Under the pieces are notes generated by a model. The model was not told where the DNA came from, did no database searches, and worked only from the letters and a program-made list of their open reading frames with translations. 64,000 nucleotides of DNA from Candidatus Aminicenantes bacterium (GTDB taxonomy: Bacteria; Acidobacteriota; Aminicenantia; S016-38), in the NCBI GenBank assembly GCA_026987025.1, contig JALSNJ010000029.1, positions 15,695 through 79,694 of the forward strand, read 5' to 3'. Below are positions 36,794 through 45,980 of this stretch, piece after piece; positions within the stretch are counted from its first letter, which is position 1, and the number at the start of each line of letters is the position of its first letter. A program made the position numbers and the translations under genes.

Positions 36794-37748
36794 CAGGGCG
36801 GAAGCCCTGGGAATCCCCGGGGGAGAGATACTTCTTGGCGAAAGGGGGAAGGTGGTGTTCTATTCCTCCTACGGTTGTAGAACCCTGCTCCCTGAACCTG
36901 AGCCATGGAAGCAGGACCTTTACCTGGACCTGGCCTCCATAACCAAGCCCATGGTTACCGCCCACATAGTTCTCTGGCTTTACCAGAGGGGGGAGCTTTC
37001 CCTGCAGGACAGCATTAGAAAGTTCCTGCCGGAGGCACCCTGGGACCTCACGCTGCTGGAACTGGGAACCCACACCTCCGGTCTTCCATCCTGGGTTCCC
37101 CTTTATGGAAAAGGCCCTGGCCGGGACAGGATGAAGGAGGTTCTTTTCTCCCTGAAGCCCGAAGGGAGGGGGGAAGTTAAATATTCCTGTATGGGGTATT
37201 TTCTTCTCGGGATGGTGGTGGAGAGGATAACCGGGAGGAGGCTGGGAGATTTTGCCGAAGAGTTCTTCAGGGGCAGGGATTTTGACATCAGAATGGGAAG
37301 GGCCTTCCCGGCGGTCCCCACTGAAAAAGGGAACCTTTACGAGAGGTCAAGGGCTCCGCAGGCCCGGGTGAGATTCAGGGATTACCTCATAGAAGGGGAG
37401 GTTCACGATGGAAACTCCTTTTATTGGGGAGGGGATGGAGGGAACGCCGGGGCCTTCTCCAGGGCCAAGGAAGTATTAAAGTATCCCTTAGTTTTTGAGG
37501 AGCTCGGGCAGGGCAAAAGCTTCGCTGAAACCGAATTGAAGGGTGGAAGGAGCTTCGGCTGGGAAACCAGGGGGAAGGTTCTCCTCCACCACGGATTTAC
37601 CGGCGCCACCCTGTTATTTCATCCGGAAAACAAAAGAGCGGCCTTTTTGTACCTGAGCAGGACCCATCCCCATGTAAGGCTTCAGGAAGTTCAGGAACCC
37701 CGGACCCTGTTTCTTCGGGCTGCCCTTCCTTTCCTGAAGGGAAAATGA
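36774..37748 (+). CDS. Serine hydrolase of the beta-lactamase family (S-x-x-K)
   Basis: It has the ASITK active-site motif and beta-lactamase/esterase-type pattern, and is 324 aa. Confidence 0.6.
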   Translation: MLKEVLSRAEALGIPGGEILLGERGKVVFYSSYGCRTLLPEPEPWKQDLYLDLASITKPMVTAHIVLWLYQRGELSLQDSIRKFLPEAPWDLTLLELGTHTSGLPSWVPLYGKGPGRDRMKEVLFSLKPEGRGEVKYSCMGYFLLGMVVERITGRRLGDFAEEFFRGRDFDIRMGRAFPAVPTEKGNLYERSRAPQARVRFRDYLIEGEVHDGNSFYWGGDGGNAGAFSRAKEVLKYPLVFEELGQGKSFAETELKGGRSFGWETRGKVLLHHGFTGATLLFHPENKRAAFLYLSRTHPHVRLQEVQEPRTLFLRAALPFLKGK

Positions 37749-37781
37749 GCGGAAGAGTCCTTGAATATATTGGGGTTTCTG

Positions 37782-37810
37782 TTGAAAAAGGCCCCTCTTG
37801 TATCTATAAT
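37782..37810 (+). promoter_or_regulatory. Consensus sigma70 promoter TTGAAA-17-TATAAT for the HU gene
   Basis: TTGAAA lies at 37782-37787, followed by a 17-nt spacer and TATAAT at 37805-37810. The RBS AGGAGGTG is at 37831 and the ATG at 37843. Confidence 0.6.
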
Positions 37811-37842
37811 ACAGATTAGAAAATCCTTTAGGAGGTGAAGGT

Positions 37843-38106
37843 ATGGAAAAGATTTACAAGGAGATCGCCAAGGAGCTGGGAATAAGCCAGGAAAAGGCTA
37901 AAAAAGCCGTAAAGCTCTTCCTGGAGAAGGCCGGAGAAGTGGCAGCCAGGGGGCAGAAGGTTATAGTTCCCGGCTACATTTCCATCAGCAAGGTGAAAAG
38001 GGCGGCCAGGACGGGAATCAATCCTAGGACCAAGGAAAAGATTAAGATACCTGCCAAGGAGGTTTTGAAGGCCAAGCTCGGAAAGAAAATTCAGGAAAAG
38101 CTCTGA
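37843..38106 (+). CDS. hup: HU/IHF-family nucleoid DNA-binding protein
   Basis: ...GYISISKVKRAARTGINPRTKEKIKIPAK is the HU arm motif (R.GRNP.TGE). Confidence 0.8.
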   Translation: MEKIYKEIAKELGISQEKAKKAVKLFLEKAGEVAARGQKVIVPGYISISKVKRAARTGINPRTKEKIKIPAKEVLKAKLGKKIQEKL

Positions 38107-38118
38107 AGGAAGGCCCTT

Positions 38119-38155
38119 CCCCCTTTCCCTGAGGGAAAGGGGGGTTTTTGTTTTT
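38119..38155 (+). terminator. Rho-independent terminator after the HU gene
   Basis: The stem CCCCCTTTCCC is separated by a 3-nt loop from GGGAAAGGGGG, followed by TTTTTGTTTTT. Confidence 0.7.
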
Positions 38156-38165
38156 CGCTTGAAAA

Positions 38166-39059
38166 ATGAAAAGATTAACCCTGGTAAGGGAAAGCCGGCG
38201 GCCTTTAAACATAAGAAAACTTCTTGAGAGGTCCTATTTTGCCAGGGAGATTGAAGGGAAAAGGGAGGTGGGGGTGGTGGTGAGCCTACTCAGTTTTCGC
38301 GGGAAGTACGAGATGACCAATGTGGAGGCCGCCGCGGAGCTTACCCGATTCATAAAGGAGGTTTCCCCTTCTACTAAGGTCATTATTGCCGGGGCCAGCT
38401 ACGAGGCTTATCGTGAAGGGAAGAATACGGAGGAGGCTTTTAAGAGGTTAAAATACGCCTTGGCCAAAAGGGAAGGGGCTGAACTTTTACCTTTGGAAAA
38501 GGGGGATTATCAGGAGGTGGAGGCCGAGACGGTTAACGGGCCGAAAAAGATCAGGGTTTCTACCTTCAGGCCTTCCCTCCTCGTCTCCTTTACCCCTCCC
38601 AAGACCCATCCCATTTTGATTCTTTCCGCCACCCTGGACAACCTGGCCTTTGAAATGACCCATCCGGCGGATAGACAATTTCTTTACGGGGGGAAACTAT
38701 GGCCTGAGGACCCCCGGCCTTACTACAGGCTGGCGGCCAGAAACATAGCCAGGGTGGTATCCCTTCTAAAACCCGATGTGGGAATAGTGGATGGTCTTTT
38801 CGCCGTGGAAGGGAGGGGGCCCCTTCAGGGCAGTCCTGTTTTTCATCAGCTTGCCCTCATTTCCCCTGACCTGGTTCTGGTGGACTCCTTAGCGGCGGCC
38901 TTAGCCGGGGTGGACCCGAAGAAGCTTTATTACCTGAAGTACGCCGAAGAAAGGGGGCTGGGCAGTACCGATTACGGGAAGACGATTCCCAAGGAAAGGG
39001 TCCGCCAGTTCAGGTTCCCCTACAGACTTCATCCAGCCTCCCAGCTCCTTCTTCAATGA
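38166..39059 (+). CDS. DUF362-family protein
   Basis: ...PPKTHPILILSATLDNL...PDVGIVDGLFAVEGRGPLQGSP...ALISPDLVLVDSLAAALAGVDP fits the DUF362 pattern (KtH...DgI.aMEG.GP...aS.D.va.D.v...mG.dP). Confidence 0.5.
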   Translation: MKRLTLVRESRRPLNIRKLLERSYFAREIEGKREVGVVVSLLSFRGKYEMTNVEAAAELTRFIKEVSPSTKVIIAGASYEAYREGKNTEEAFKRLKYALAKREGAELLPLEKGDYQEVEAETVNGPKKIRVSTFRPSLLVSFTPPKTHPILILSATLDNLAFEMTHPADRQFLYGGKLWPEDPRPYYRLAARNIARVVSLLKPDVGIVDGLFAVEGRGPLQGSPVFHQLALISPDLVLVDSLAAALAGVDPKKLYYLKYAEERGLGSTDYGKTIPKERVRQFRFPYRLHPASQLLLQ

Positions 39060-40149
39060 GGGTTAGTATGGCCTTAGCGGCCAAGCGGGAGGCAGGGGTG
39101 GAGGGAAACATTTTCCTTATCTCCTCCAGGTCCTTTTTAATCCGGTCTTTGTAATTTCCCTCCCTCAGTATTTTCTCGGTCTCCTGAAGGAGGTTCTCCA
39201 CGGTGAACTTTCTCTGAAAGAACTCCCTCACTATTTCCCTTCCAGCCAGGATGTTGACTATGGAGTACCTTTCCAGTTTTACCAGGGGTTTCACCACAGC
39301 GTAGGTGAAGGCAGGAAGACGGTAGAAGACCAGGAATGGGGTGAGCAAAAAAGCGGTTTCCAGGGTTGCGGTGCCCGAAGCGGAGAGGACGGCCCGGGCG
39401 TAGGCCATGGAGGAGTAGCGATGTTTTTCCACGGTTATTATCCCTTCCAGGGGGTATTCCCTCAATTTTTCCTTAGTGGTGGGGGCCACCGCCAGAAGGA
39501 CCTTTACCCCAGGGTTCCTTTCCCTGAAAGCCCTTGTGAATTGCAAGAGCACCGGCATGTGGTTCTTTATTTCCATGGGCCTGCTCCCGGGAAGAAGGGT
39601 GATAAAGTTCTCCACCCCGTAAATTCTTGAAAATTCCTCCCTGGATATCTCCGGTCTCACCCTTTCCATCCCCGGATGCCCTACAAAGCAGTGGGGGATA
39701 TCCCATTCTCTGTAAATTTCCCTTTCAAAGGGGTAAATAAGGAGTTCCAGGTCCACCAGTTTCTTCACCTTTTTTATCCTTCCCGGCCTCCAGGCCCATA
39801 CGGTGGGGCTGACATAGTGAACCACGGGGATATTTGCCCGTTTCTTAACCATCCTTGCCAGCATGAAGTGAAAATCAGGAAGGTCTATGAGGACCAAGGC
39901 GGCGGGCTTTCTGCGGAGTATCTCCCGGGTTAGGGCCTTCAGCAATCTTCTTATTTTCAGGAGATGGGGGGCCAGCTCAAAAACCCCGGCCCACTGAATC
40001 TCCTCCATGGGGTAAACAATTTCCAGCCCCTGACGCTTCAGATTCTCCCCTCCTATTCCGAAGGCAGGAAGCCGAAGCTCCTTGAGCAGGGAGGCACCCC
40101 ACAGGTCAGCGGAATACTCGCCGGCGGAAAGGAAGATTATTTTTTCCAA
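39010..40149 (-). CDS. lpxB: Lipid-A-disaccharide synthase
   Basis: (L)EKIIFLSAGEYSADLWGASLLKEL... The start is probably TTG at 40147-40149; the ORF-track upstream extension is G/P/R-rich and not LpxB-like. It is convergent with the DUF362 gene. Confidence 0.8.
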   Translation of the reverse strand: MEKIIFLSAGEYSADLWGASLLKELRLPAFGIGGENLKRQGLEIVYPMEEIQWAGVFELAPHLLKIRRLLKALTREILRRKPAALVLIDLPDFHFMLARMVKKRANIPVVHYVSPTVWAWRPGRIKKVKKLVDLELLIYPFEREIYREWDIPHCFVGHPGMERVRPEISREEFSRIYGVENFITLLPGSRPMEIKNHMPVLLQFTRAFRERNPGVKVLLAVAPTTKEKLREYPLEGIITVEKHRYSSMAYARAVLSASGTATLETAFLLTPFLVFYRLPAFTYAVVKPLVKLERYSIVNILAGREIVREFFQRKFTVENLLQETEKILREGNYKDRIKKDLEEIRKMFPSTPASRLAAKAILTLIEEGAGRLDEVCRGT

Positions 40150-40619
40150 TATTTTTTCCGCAGTTTTTTGTCGGTGAACTTGATTATAAAAAGCCAATCC
40201 TCGTATTGGGTGTGTCCCTCGTAGGAAATTACCGCCTCCCCGGTGGCCCTGGGGGCTACCCCTATGAGGGCCGGGCGGGGAAACTCTCCTGCCTCTTCCT
40301 CCTTTACGAGGTATACGAAATCCGGATTGGGAACCTGGGGCAGCATTACCAGATACCAGTTTCCCTTGGAAAGGGGGTCCCGCCATTTTCTCCTCAGCAA
40401 TTTTTCCTTTACCAGCTCGTCCAGGTTCTTCGGAAGTTTTCCCGGGTGTTTTTTAATGTACCTGCCTATGGCCTCCACTATGCGGGTTCCCCGGAATATG
40501 GCCTCCTTTTCCAGGTTTCTTTTTATCTGGGTCTCCCAGACCGGGATGGCCACCATCAGGGACAGGTTCACTAAAAAAAGGACGAAAATTATGGTCAGGA
40601 AGGTGTAGCCTCTCTGCAT
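40137..40619 (-). CDS. Degenerate pseudopilin-like protein (GspG-like fold; N-terminus QRGYTFLTIIFVL lacks the conserved Glu5)
   Basis: An ATG at 40617-40619 overlaps the stop of the upstream pseudopilin (ATGA). The N-terminal hydrophobic helix resembles a prepilin helix, but has T at the position of the processing/assembly Glu. Confidence 0.5.
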   Translation of the reverse strand: MQRGYTFLTIIFVLFLVNLSLMVAIPVWETQIKRNLEKEAIFRGTRIVEAIGRYIKKHPGKLPKNLDELVKEKLLRRKWRDPLSKGNWYLVMLPQVPNPDFVYLVKEEEAGEFPRPALIGVAPRATGEAVISYEGHTQYEDWLFIIKFTDKKLRKKYWKK

Positions 40620-41026
40620 CACCACTGATTGTAGGGGGTTCCTTCGGTGGAAATTTTGTCGGAACCCGATTTCACATCCACTATTCCGGGTATTTTTCCC
40701 TCGGCCAGCTCCTCCAGGGAGAGCTCCTCCTGGACCTCCACCCATGTTTCTGAGGAACCTGTAATGGGGTCTACCGGGATGGCCCTCAAATACTTTTCCT
40801 CCACCAGCTCCTGAAGGGAGCGGGGATATCTTCCTTTGTCCAGCTTAAACTGCTGAATAAGCTTCCTCATTTGAAAGAGGTCCTCCCTGAGGGCAGCTTC
40901 CTTGGCCTTCTTTACGGAGTTGTAGTAGTTCGGTATGGCTATGGCAGCCAGAATACCTATTATGGTCATCACCACCAGAAGCTCCAAGAGGGTAAATCCC
41001 CTACCATTTCCGGTACGGTATCCCAT
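40619..41026 (-). CDS. gspG: Type II secretion/type IV pilus-like major pseudopilin (GspG/PulG family)
   Basis: It has the prepilin N-terminal methylation motif GFTLLELLVVMTIIGILAAIAIP, a GspG-like body (...LQELVEEKYLRAIPVDP...) and a C-terminus ...TPYNQW. Confidence 0.75.
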   Translation of the reverse strand: MGYRTGNGRGFTLLELLVVMTIIGILAAIAIPNYYNSVKKAKEAALREDLFQMRKLIQQFKLDKGRYPRSLQELVEEKYLRAIPVDPITGSSETWVEVQEELSLEELAEGKIPGIVDVKSGSDKISTEGTPYNQW

Positions 41027-41459
41027 TTAGCCCCACCTCCAGGGACCTGGTGTAGACATCGTAGACATTCTGTCCCCCCCAGGTCTCAGAGTCCGGCTCG
41101 TCCTGGTAAGACCTGAGGCCCCAATCAAAGGATTCCGTCATGGGGTCCCAGGGTATTCTTCTGAGGAATTTAATTTTTAGGCCCTTCTTGTCCGTGGCCT
41201 CCACCCCTTCCACCAGGGTTTCCAGGGTGGGGGGATAACCCAGGGTGGTTAAGGGGTTCTCCACCTTTATTTTTTTTGCGTCCGCCAGTTTTTTGTATTC
41301 GTCTATGGCGGTCCTTATGGTCCTTAAAGCATACATAAGCTCAATTTCCTTTTTCTTCTTAACCACCGTATAGGAAAGGGGAATTACTGCCATGGCCAGG
41401 ACCGAGAGGATGGCAGCCACGGCAATGAGCTCTACATAGGTAAAACCTTTATCTTTCAT
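41001..41459 (-). CDS. Pseudopilin (GspG-like paralogue)
   Basis: The start is trimmed to MKDKGFTYVELIAVAAILSVLAMAVIP (a prepilin motif containing Glu5). The C-terminus is ...RRIPWDPMTE...YDVYTRS...NGIPYRKW. Confidence 0.7.
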   Translation of the reverse strand: MKDKGFTYVELIAVAAILSVLAMAVIPLSYTVVKKKKEIELMYALRTIRTAIDEYKKLADAKKIKVENPLTTLGYPPTLETLVEGVEATDKKGLKIKFLRRIPWDPMTESFDWGLRSYQDEPDSETWGGQNVYDVYTRSLEVGLNGIPYRKW

Positions 41460-43617
41460 TTCTCCTGGGGGGTCTTCTTCTATTGTGCCCCCGGCGGCGG
41501 TTTTCCCTGTGGTGGTGCCTTCTTTCTTCCTCCTCCCCTTCCTCAATTTCCTCCAGGACCTTCTTGGAAAGCTTTATCCTGTCGTATTCGTCCTTGGCGA
41601 TTACCTTAACCACCACTTCCTGGCCTTCCCGCAGCACATCCCTGACGCTTCTTATCCTGCGGTGGGAGATTTCGGAAATATGCAGAAGGCCAATGACATT
41701 GGGGAGAATCTCTATGAAGGCCCCGTAGTCCTCTATTCTCACCACCTTTCCTATGTATATTTTCCCCACCTCTGCGCTCTGGGTAACTTCCTCCACCGCC
41801 TTCCTGGCCGCCTCTGCCTCCTCCATGGTTTCGGCGGCTATGGTAACGCTTCCGTCCTGCTCTATGTTAATCTTGGCCCCGGTCCTCTCTATTATTCCCT
41901 TTATGGTGCGGCCTGCAGGCCCTATGAGGTCCTTTATTTTAGCAGGGTTTATCTGCAGGGTGATTATCCTGGGGGCATACTGAGATATGGATTTTCTGGG
42001 CTGAGGCAGAACATCCAGCATCTTCTCCAGAACATAAAGCCGGGCCTCCTTTGCCTGATGAAGGGCTTTGCTCAGAACCTCGTAGGAAACCTTTTTGATT
42101 TTTATGTCCATCTGAAGGGCTGTTATTCCTTCCTTGGAGCCTGCCACCTTAAAATCCATGTCCCCATAGTGGTCCTCCAGGCCAGCTATGTCCGTGAGGA
42201 TGGCGTATTTTTCGTCGCTCTCGTAGATTAACCCCATGGCTATTCCGGCCACCGGATACCTGAGGGGAACCCCGGCGTCCATCAGGGAAAGGCATCCCCC
42301 GCAGACCGTGGCCATGGAGGAAGATCCGTTGGATTCCAGAATATCGGAAACCACCCTTATGGTGTAAGGAAATTCCTCCTCCGGTGGTATGGCCGGCCTT
42401 AAAGCCCTCTCGGCTAAGGCCCCGTGGCCTATCTCCCTCCTGGAGGGAGCCCTCAACGGGGAAACTTCACCGACGGAGAAGGGAGGGAAATTGTAGTGGA
42501 GCATGAACCTCTTGAAATCTTCCCCCTGGAGAAGGTCCAGGCGCTGGATGTCCTCAAAGGTCCCCAGGGTGGTGGTTACCAATGCCTGGGTCTCCCCCCT
42601 CTGGAAAAGGGCGGAGCCGTGGGCCCTGGGAAGGATTCCCACCTCTATGTGCAGGGGTCTTACTTCGTTGAAGGCCCTTCCGTCGGGCCTCTTTCTTTCC
42701 TCTAAGACCTGCCTGCGGAAGATTCTCTTTTTTACCTCATCAAAAAGCTTTCCCTGAAGTTCCTGTTCTTCCTCCGGGAATTCCTCCAGGAATTTCTCCT
42801 TGAGCTCGGATATGGCCTTTTCCTTGTTTAATTTTCCCTCAACATTTATGGCCTGCTTCAGCTCTCTTCCTATCCTTTCCTCCACCTCCTTCAGGGCATC
42901 CTCCGGAAGGACCTCCTCCTGGAAGTCCATCTTCTCCTTCCCGAACTTACCCGTTAGTTCTTCCACAGTATCCACTATCTTTTTTATCTCGCTGTGGGCT
43001 ACCTGGAAGGCATCAACCAAGAAGTCCTCGGAGACCTGGCTGGCTCCGGCCTCCACCATGACTATACCGTCCCTGGAGCCCGCCACCACCAGATTCAGGG
43101 TTGAGTTTTCCAGCTGGGAATTGGTGGGGTTTACGACGAAGTTCCCGTCTATGTAGCCCACCCTCACCGCTGCTATGGGTATTCTGTAAGGTATATCAGA
43201 AAGCATCAGGGAGGCGGAGGCCCCTATGATCCCCAGGATATCGGGCTCGTTCTCCCTGTCATAGCTGAGGAGGGAAACCACTATCTGGGTGTCGTAGTGA
43301 TAGCCCGCCGGGAAGAGGGGTCTTATGGGGCGGTCTATGAGACGGCTCGTGGTGACCTCCCTTTCCGTGGGTTTTCCTTCCCTTTTAAAGAATCCCCCCG
43401 GTATTTTACCCGCGGCATATGTGTTCTCCCTGTAGTCCACCAGGAGGGGAAGAAAATCCACCCCTTCCCTCTCCTTTTTGGAGGAGGTGGCAGTAACCAG
43501 AACCATGGTATCCCCGTATTTCACCACCACCGCCCCGTTGGCCTGTTTTGCCAATTTCCCGGTGGAAATGCTAAGGCGTCGGCCCCCTACCTCAATCTCT
43601 ATTTTTCCTTCCTGCAT
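41449..43617 (-). CDS. pnp: Polyribonucleotide nucleotidyltransferase (PNPase) with a His/Arg-rich C-terminal tail
   Basis: It has two RNase PH domains, KH and S1, an N-terminus MQEGKIEIEVGGRRLSISTGKLAKQANGAVVV and a tail EEIEEGEEEERRHHHRENRRRGHNRRRPPRRNER. Confidence 0.9.
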   Translation of the reverse strand: MQEGKIEIEVGGRRLSISTGKLAKQANGAVVVKYGDTMVLVTATSSKKEREGVDFLPLLVDYRENTYAAGKIPGGFFKREGKPTEREVTTSRLIDRPIRPLFPAGYHYDTQIVVSLLSYDRENEPDILGIIGASASLMLSDIPYRIPIAAVRVGYIDGNFVVNPTNSQLENSTLNLVVAGSRDGIVMVEAGASQVSEDFLVDAFQVAHSEIKKIVDTVEELTGKFGKEKMDFQEEVLPEDALKEVEERIGRELKQAINVEGKLNKEKAISELKEKFLEEFPEEEQELQGKLFDEVKKRIFRRQVLEERKRPDGRAFNEVRPLHIEVGILPRAHGSALFQRGETQALVTTTLGTFEDIQRLDLLQGEDFKRFMLHYNFPPFSVGEVSPLRAPSRREIGHGALAERALRPAIPPEEEFPYTIRVVSDILESNGSSSMATVCGGCLSLMDAGVPLRYPVAGIAMGLIYESDEKYAILTDIAGLEDHYGDMDFKVAGSKEGITALQMDIKIKKVSYEVLSKALHQAKEARLYVLEKMLDVLPQPRKSISQYAPRIITLQINPAKIKDLIGPAGRTIKGIIERTGAKINIEQDGSVTIAAETMEEAEAARKAVEEVTQSAEVGKIYIGKVVRIEDYGAFIEILPNVIGLLHISEISHRRIRSVRDVLREGQEVVVKVIAKDEYDRIKLSKKVLEEIEEGEEEERRHHHRENRRRGHNRRRPPRRNER

Positions 43618-43621
43618 AATC

Positions 43622-43891
43622 TCACTTCCTCAGCCCCAGTTTTTTAATTACTTCCCTGTAGCGGTTAAAATCGGTTTTCTTCAGGTAGTTGAGAAGACGC
43701 CGTCTCTGTCCTATGAGCATCATCATTCCCCTTCTGGAGTGGTAGTCCTTCTTATGAATCTTAAAGTGCTCGGTGAGCCTCTTTATCCTCTCGGTGAGCA
43801 GGGCAATCTGAACTTCAGGGGAGCCGGAATCCTTCTCGTGGAGTTGAAATTCCTTGATGATCCTCTGCTTTTCTTCCTTGGTCAGAGCCAA
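43622..43891 (-). CDS. rpsO: 30S ribosomal protein S15
   Basis: (M)[35 protein letters not shown]... is the S15 signature. It has a TTG start. Confidence 0.9.
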   Translation of the reverse strand: MALTKEEKQRIIKEFQLHEKDSGSPEVQIALLTERIKRLTEHFKIHKKDYHSRRGMMMLIGQRRRLLNYLKKTDFNRYREVIKKLGLRK

Positions 43892-43921
43892 TTTTTCCCT
43901 CCTTTGAAAAGTTTACTCTTA

Positions 43922-43950
43922 ATTATAAAATAAATCTATCCCCTTTGCAA
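43922..43950 (-). promoter_or_regulatory. Consensus sigma70 promoter TTGCAA-17-TATAAT for rpsO-pnp (minus strand)
   Basis: On the minus strand, TTGCAA (43945-43950) is followed by a 17-nt spacer and TATAAT (43922-43927), then the RBS AAGGAG and the TTG start at 43891. Confidence 0.55.
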
Positions 43951-43968
43951 CGGGGAAAGGAGGTGGTC

Positions 43969-45945
43969 ATGAAAAGAGCTGCCGTTTTCCTTCTACTGCT
44001 TCTGGCGGGCCCCGGATTTTCCAGAGCCCTGAAGTTTGAGGATTTCATCAAGGTTTCTCAGATAAGGGAGCTTCAGGTTTCCCCGGATGGGGAAACCCTG
44101 GCTTTTGTGGTCTCCACCCCGTCCCTGAAGGAAAACCGCAACCTTTCCTTTATTTACCTCATGGACCTTAAGAGCGGGAAATACTGGAGGGCGACCTTTT
44201 CCGGCGAGGACTTTTCCCCGAGGTTTACCCCGGAGGGGGACCTGGCCTTCCTTTCAGCCAGGGACGGGAAAGTGAAAATATACCTTCTTCCCCGCCGGGG
44301 AGGGGAAGCTAAGGTTCTTCTTGAATTCGCTGCCGACATTACGGATTTTCGCTTCTCTGCGGACGGAAAATACATATTGTTTTCCTCCGATGTGCTGCCG
44401 GATTATAAGGATTTTGAGGACCTGAAGAAAAAGCTGGAGGAGAAGGGAAGACGGAGGTGGTTCTCCACAGAAAAATTGTTTTACCGGGTGTGGAACCGAT
44501 GGAGGGAGGGGGTTTACTCCCACATTTTCCTGGCCACCAGGGACGGTCAGGTGGTTAAGGACCTCATGAGGGGATTGAAGAAGGATTGCCCTCCTCTGGA
44601 TCTGGGAACTTCCCACGATTTTATCTTTGCCAACGGTGGGGTCTATTTCGTTATGAACCCGGACCCGGAACCTGCCCTTTCCACCAACAACGATGTATTT
44701 TTCTACGACCTTAAATCCTCATCCCTCAGGAGGGTTACCCGGGGGAGGGGAAACGATGCGGGCCCCGTAATCACTCCCCATGGGCTGGCTTGGCTGAAAA
44801 TGCGCCGTCCCGGGTACGAATCCGACCAGACGGAGATTTACATAAAAACAGAAAGGGGGGAAAGGAATCTGACCGCATCCCTGGACCGCCACATTGTGGA
44901 TTTCCTCTGGGGAGACGGCAAGTTCTACTTTACCGCCTACGACCGGGGATATCATCCCATCTATTCCGTGGACCTTCAGGGGCATGTGAGGAAGGTCCTT
45001 GAGGGGGTTTATGCCAAGGGCCTTGTTTATTCTAAGGGAAAGCTGTTTTTCACCAACGAGGCGGTGAACAGGCCCCAGGAGGTTTATTCCCTGGACCTCT
45101 CCTCCGGGAGGCTCAAAAAGCTCACCTCCATAAACTCCCAGGCCATAAAGGAAGTGCAGATGAATCCCCTGGAAAGCTTCTGGTTCCGGGGGGCAGAGGG
45201 CGACAGGGTCCAGGGATTTCTGGTGAAGCCTCCGGGTTTTGACCCCAACAAAAAATACCCTGCCATAATGCTCATCCACGGAGGGCCCCAGGGGATGTGG
45301 GGCGATGACTTTCACCCGCGATGGAACATATCCATGTTCGCCTCCCCCGGATATGTGGTGGTGATGGTAAACTTCCACGGCTCCAAGGGATACGGGATGA
45401 AATTCACCGACAGCATCAACAGGGATTGGGGAGGAAAGCCCTACAGGGACATAATCCTCGGCATGCAGTACGCCCTGGAGAAATTTCCCTTCATTGACCC
45501 CAGAAGGGTGGGGGCTGCGGGGGCTTCCTACGGAGGCTACATGATAGACTGGATAGAGGGCCACAATCCCGGCATATTCAAGGTTCTGGTTTCCCACGCC
45601 GGAGTTTACGACCTTCCCAGCATGTACGGAGCCACCGAGGAGCTCTGGTTTCCCCGCTGGGAGTTCGGAGGTGCTCCCTGGGAGGCAGCGGATATCTACA
45701 AAAAATGGTCCCCCTCCTCCTATGTTAAAAATTTCAAGACCCCCTGCTTAGTAATAACAGGGGAACACGACTACAGGGTGCCGTATACCCAGTCCCTTCA
45801 GTTTTTTACCGCACTACGGGAAAGGGGGGTGGAGGCTAAGTTGCTCTTCTTCCACGACGAGTATCACTTCGTGGTTAAGCCCAAAAACAGGCAGGTCTGG
45901 TGGAGGGAGGTCATCTCCTGGTTTGACCGATATTTGAAAAGATAA
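43969..45945 (+). CDS. Secreted S9-family serine peptidase (prolyl oligopeptidase / acylaminoacyl-peptidase type)
   Basis: It has a signal peptide, a beta-propeller N-terminal domain and the C-terminal alpha/beta hydrolase motif GASYGG with the catalytic D/H region. The start is taken at the ATG after AAAGGAGGTG. Confidence 0.8.
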   Translation: MKRAAVFLLLLLAGPGFSRALKFEDFIKVSQIRELQVSPDGETLAFVVSTPSLKENRNLSFIYLMDLKSGKYWRATFSGEDFSPRFTPEGDLAFLSARDGKVKIYLLPRRGGEAKVLLEFAADITDFRFSADGKYILFSSDVLPDYKDFEDLKKKLEEKGRRRWFSTEKLFYRVWNRWREGVYSHIFLATRDGQVVKDLMRGLKKDCPPLDLGTSHDFIFANGGVYFVMNPDPEPALSTNNDVFFYDLKSSSLRRVTRGRGNDAGPVITPHGLAWLKMRRPGYESDQTEIYIKTERGERNLTASLDRHIVDFLWGDGKFYFTAYDRGYHPIYSVDLQGHVRKVLEGVYAKGLVYSKGKLFFTNEAVNRPQEVYSLDLSSGRLKKLTSINSQAIKEVQMNPLESFWFRGAEGDRVQGFLVKPPGFDPNKKYPAIMLIHGGPQGMWGDDFHPRWNISMFASPGYVVVMVNFHGSKGYGMKFTDSINRDWGGKPYRDIILGMQYALEKFPFIDPRRVGAAGASYGGYMIDWIEGHNPGIFKVLVSHAGVYDLPSMYGATEELWFPRWEFGGAPWEAADIYKKWSPSSYVKNFKTPCLVITGEHDYRVPYTQSLQFFTALRERGVEAKLLFFHDEYHFVVKPKNRQVWWREVISWFDRYLKR

Positions 45946-45963
45946 CTTCAATATTTTGAATTG

Positions 45964-45972
45964 TGGTATAAT
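45964..45972 (+). promoter_or_regulatory. Extended -10 element (TGgTATAAT) directly upstream of tRNA-Leu
   Basis: TGG then TATAAT at 45964-45972, 8 nt before tRNA position 1. Confidence 0.45.
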
Positions 45973-45980
45973 ATAAGGGT

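Noticed and set aside
39157-40386. The N-terminal 79 codons of the ORF-track lpxB call (to 40386)
   Set aside because: The G/P/R-rich extension is unlike LpxB. The conserved N-terminus (EKIIFLSAGEYSADLWGA) begins at the TTG at 40149. The extension also runs through the pseudopilin gene.
44719-45597. A 292-aa minus-strand ORF
   Set aside because: It is antisense inside the S9 peptidase gene, which has the GxSxG catalytic motif in the plus frame.
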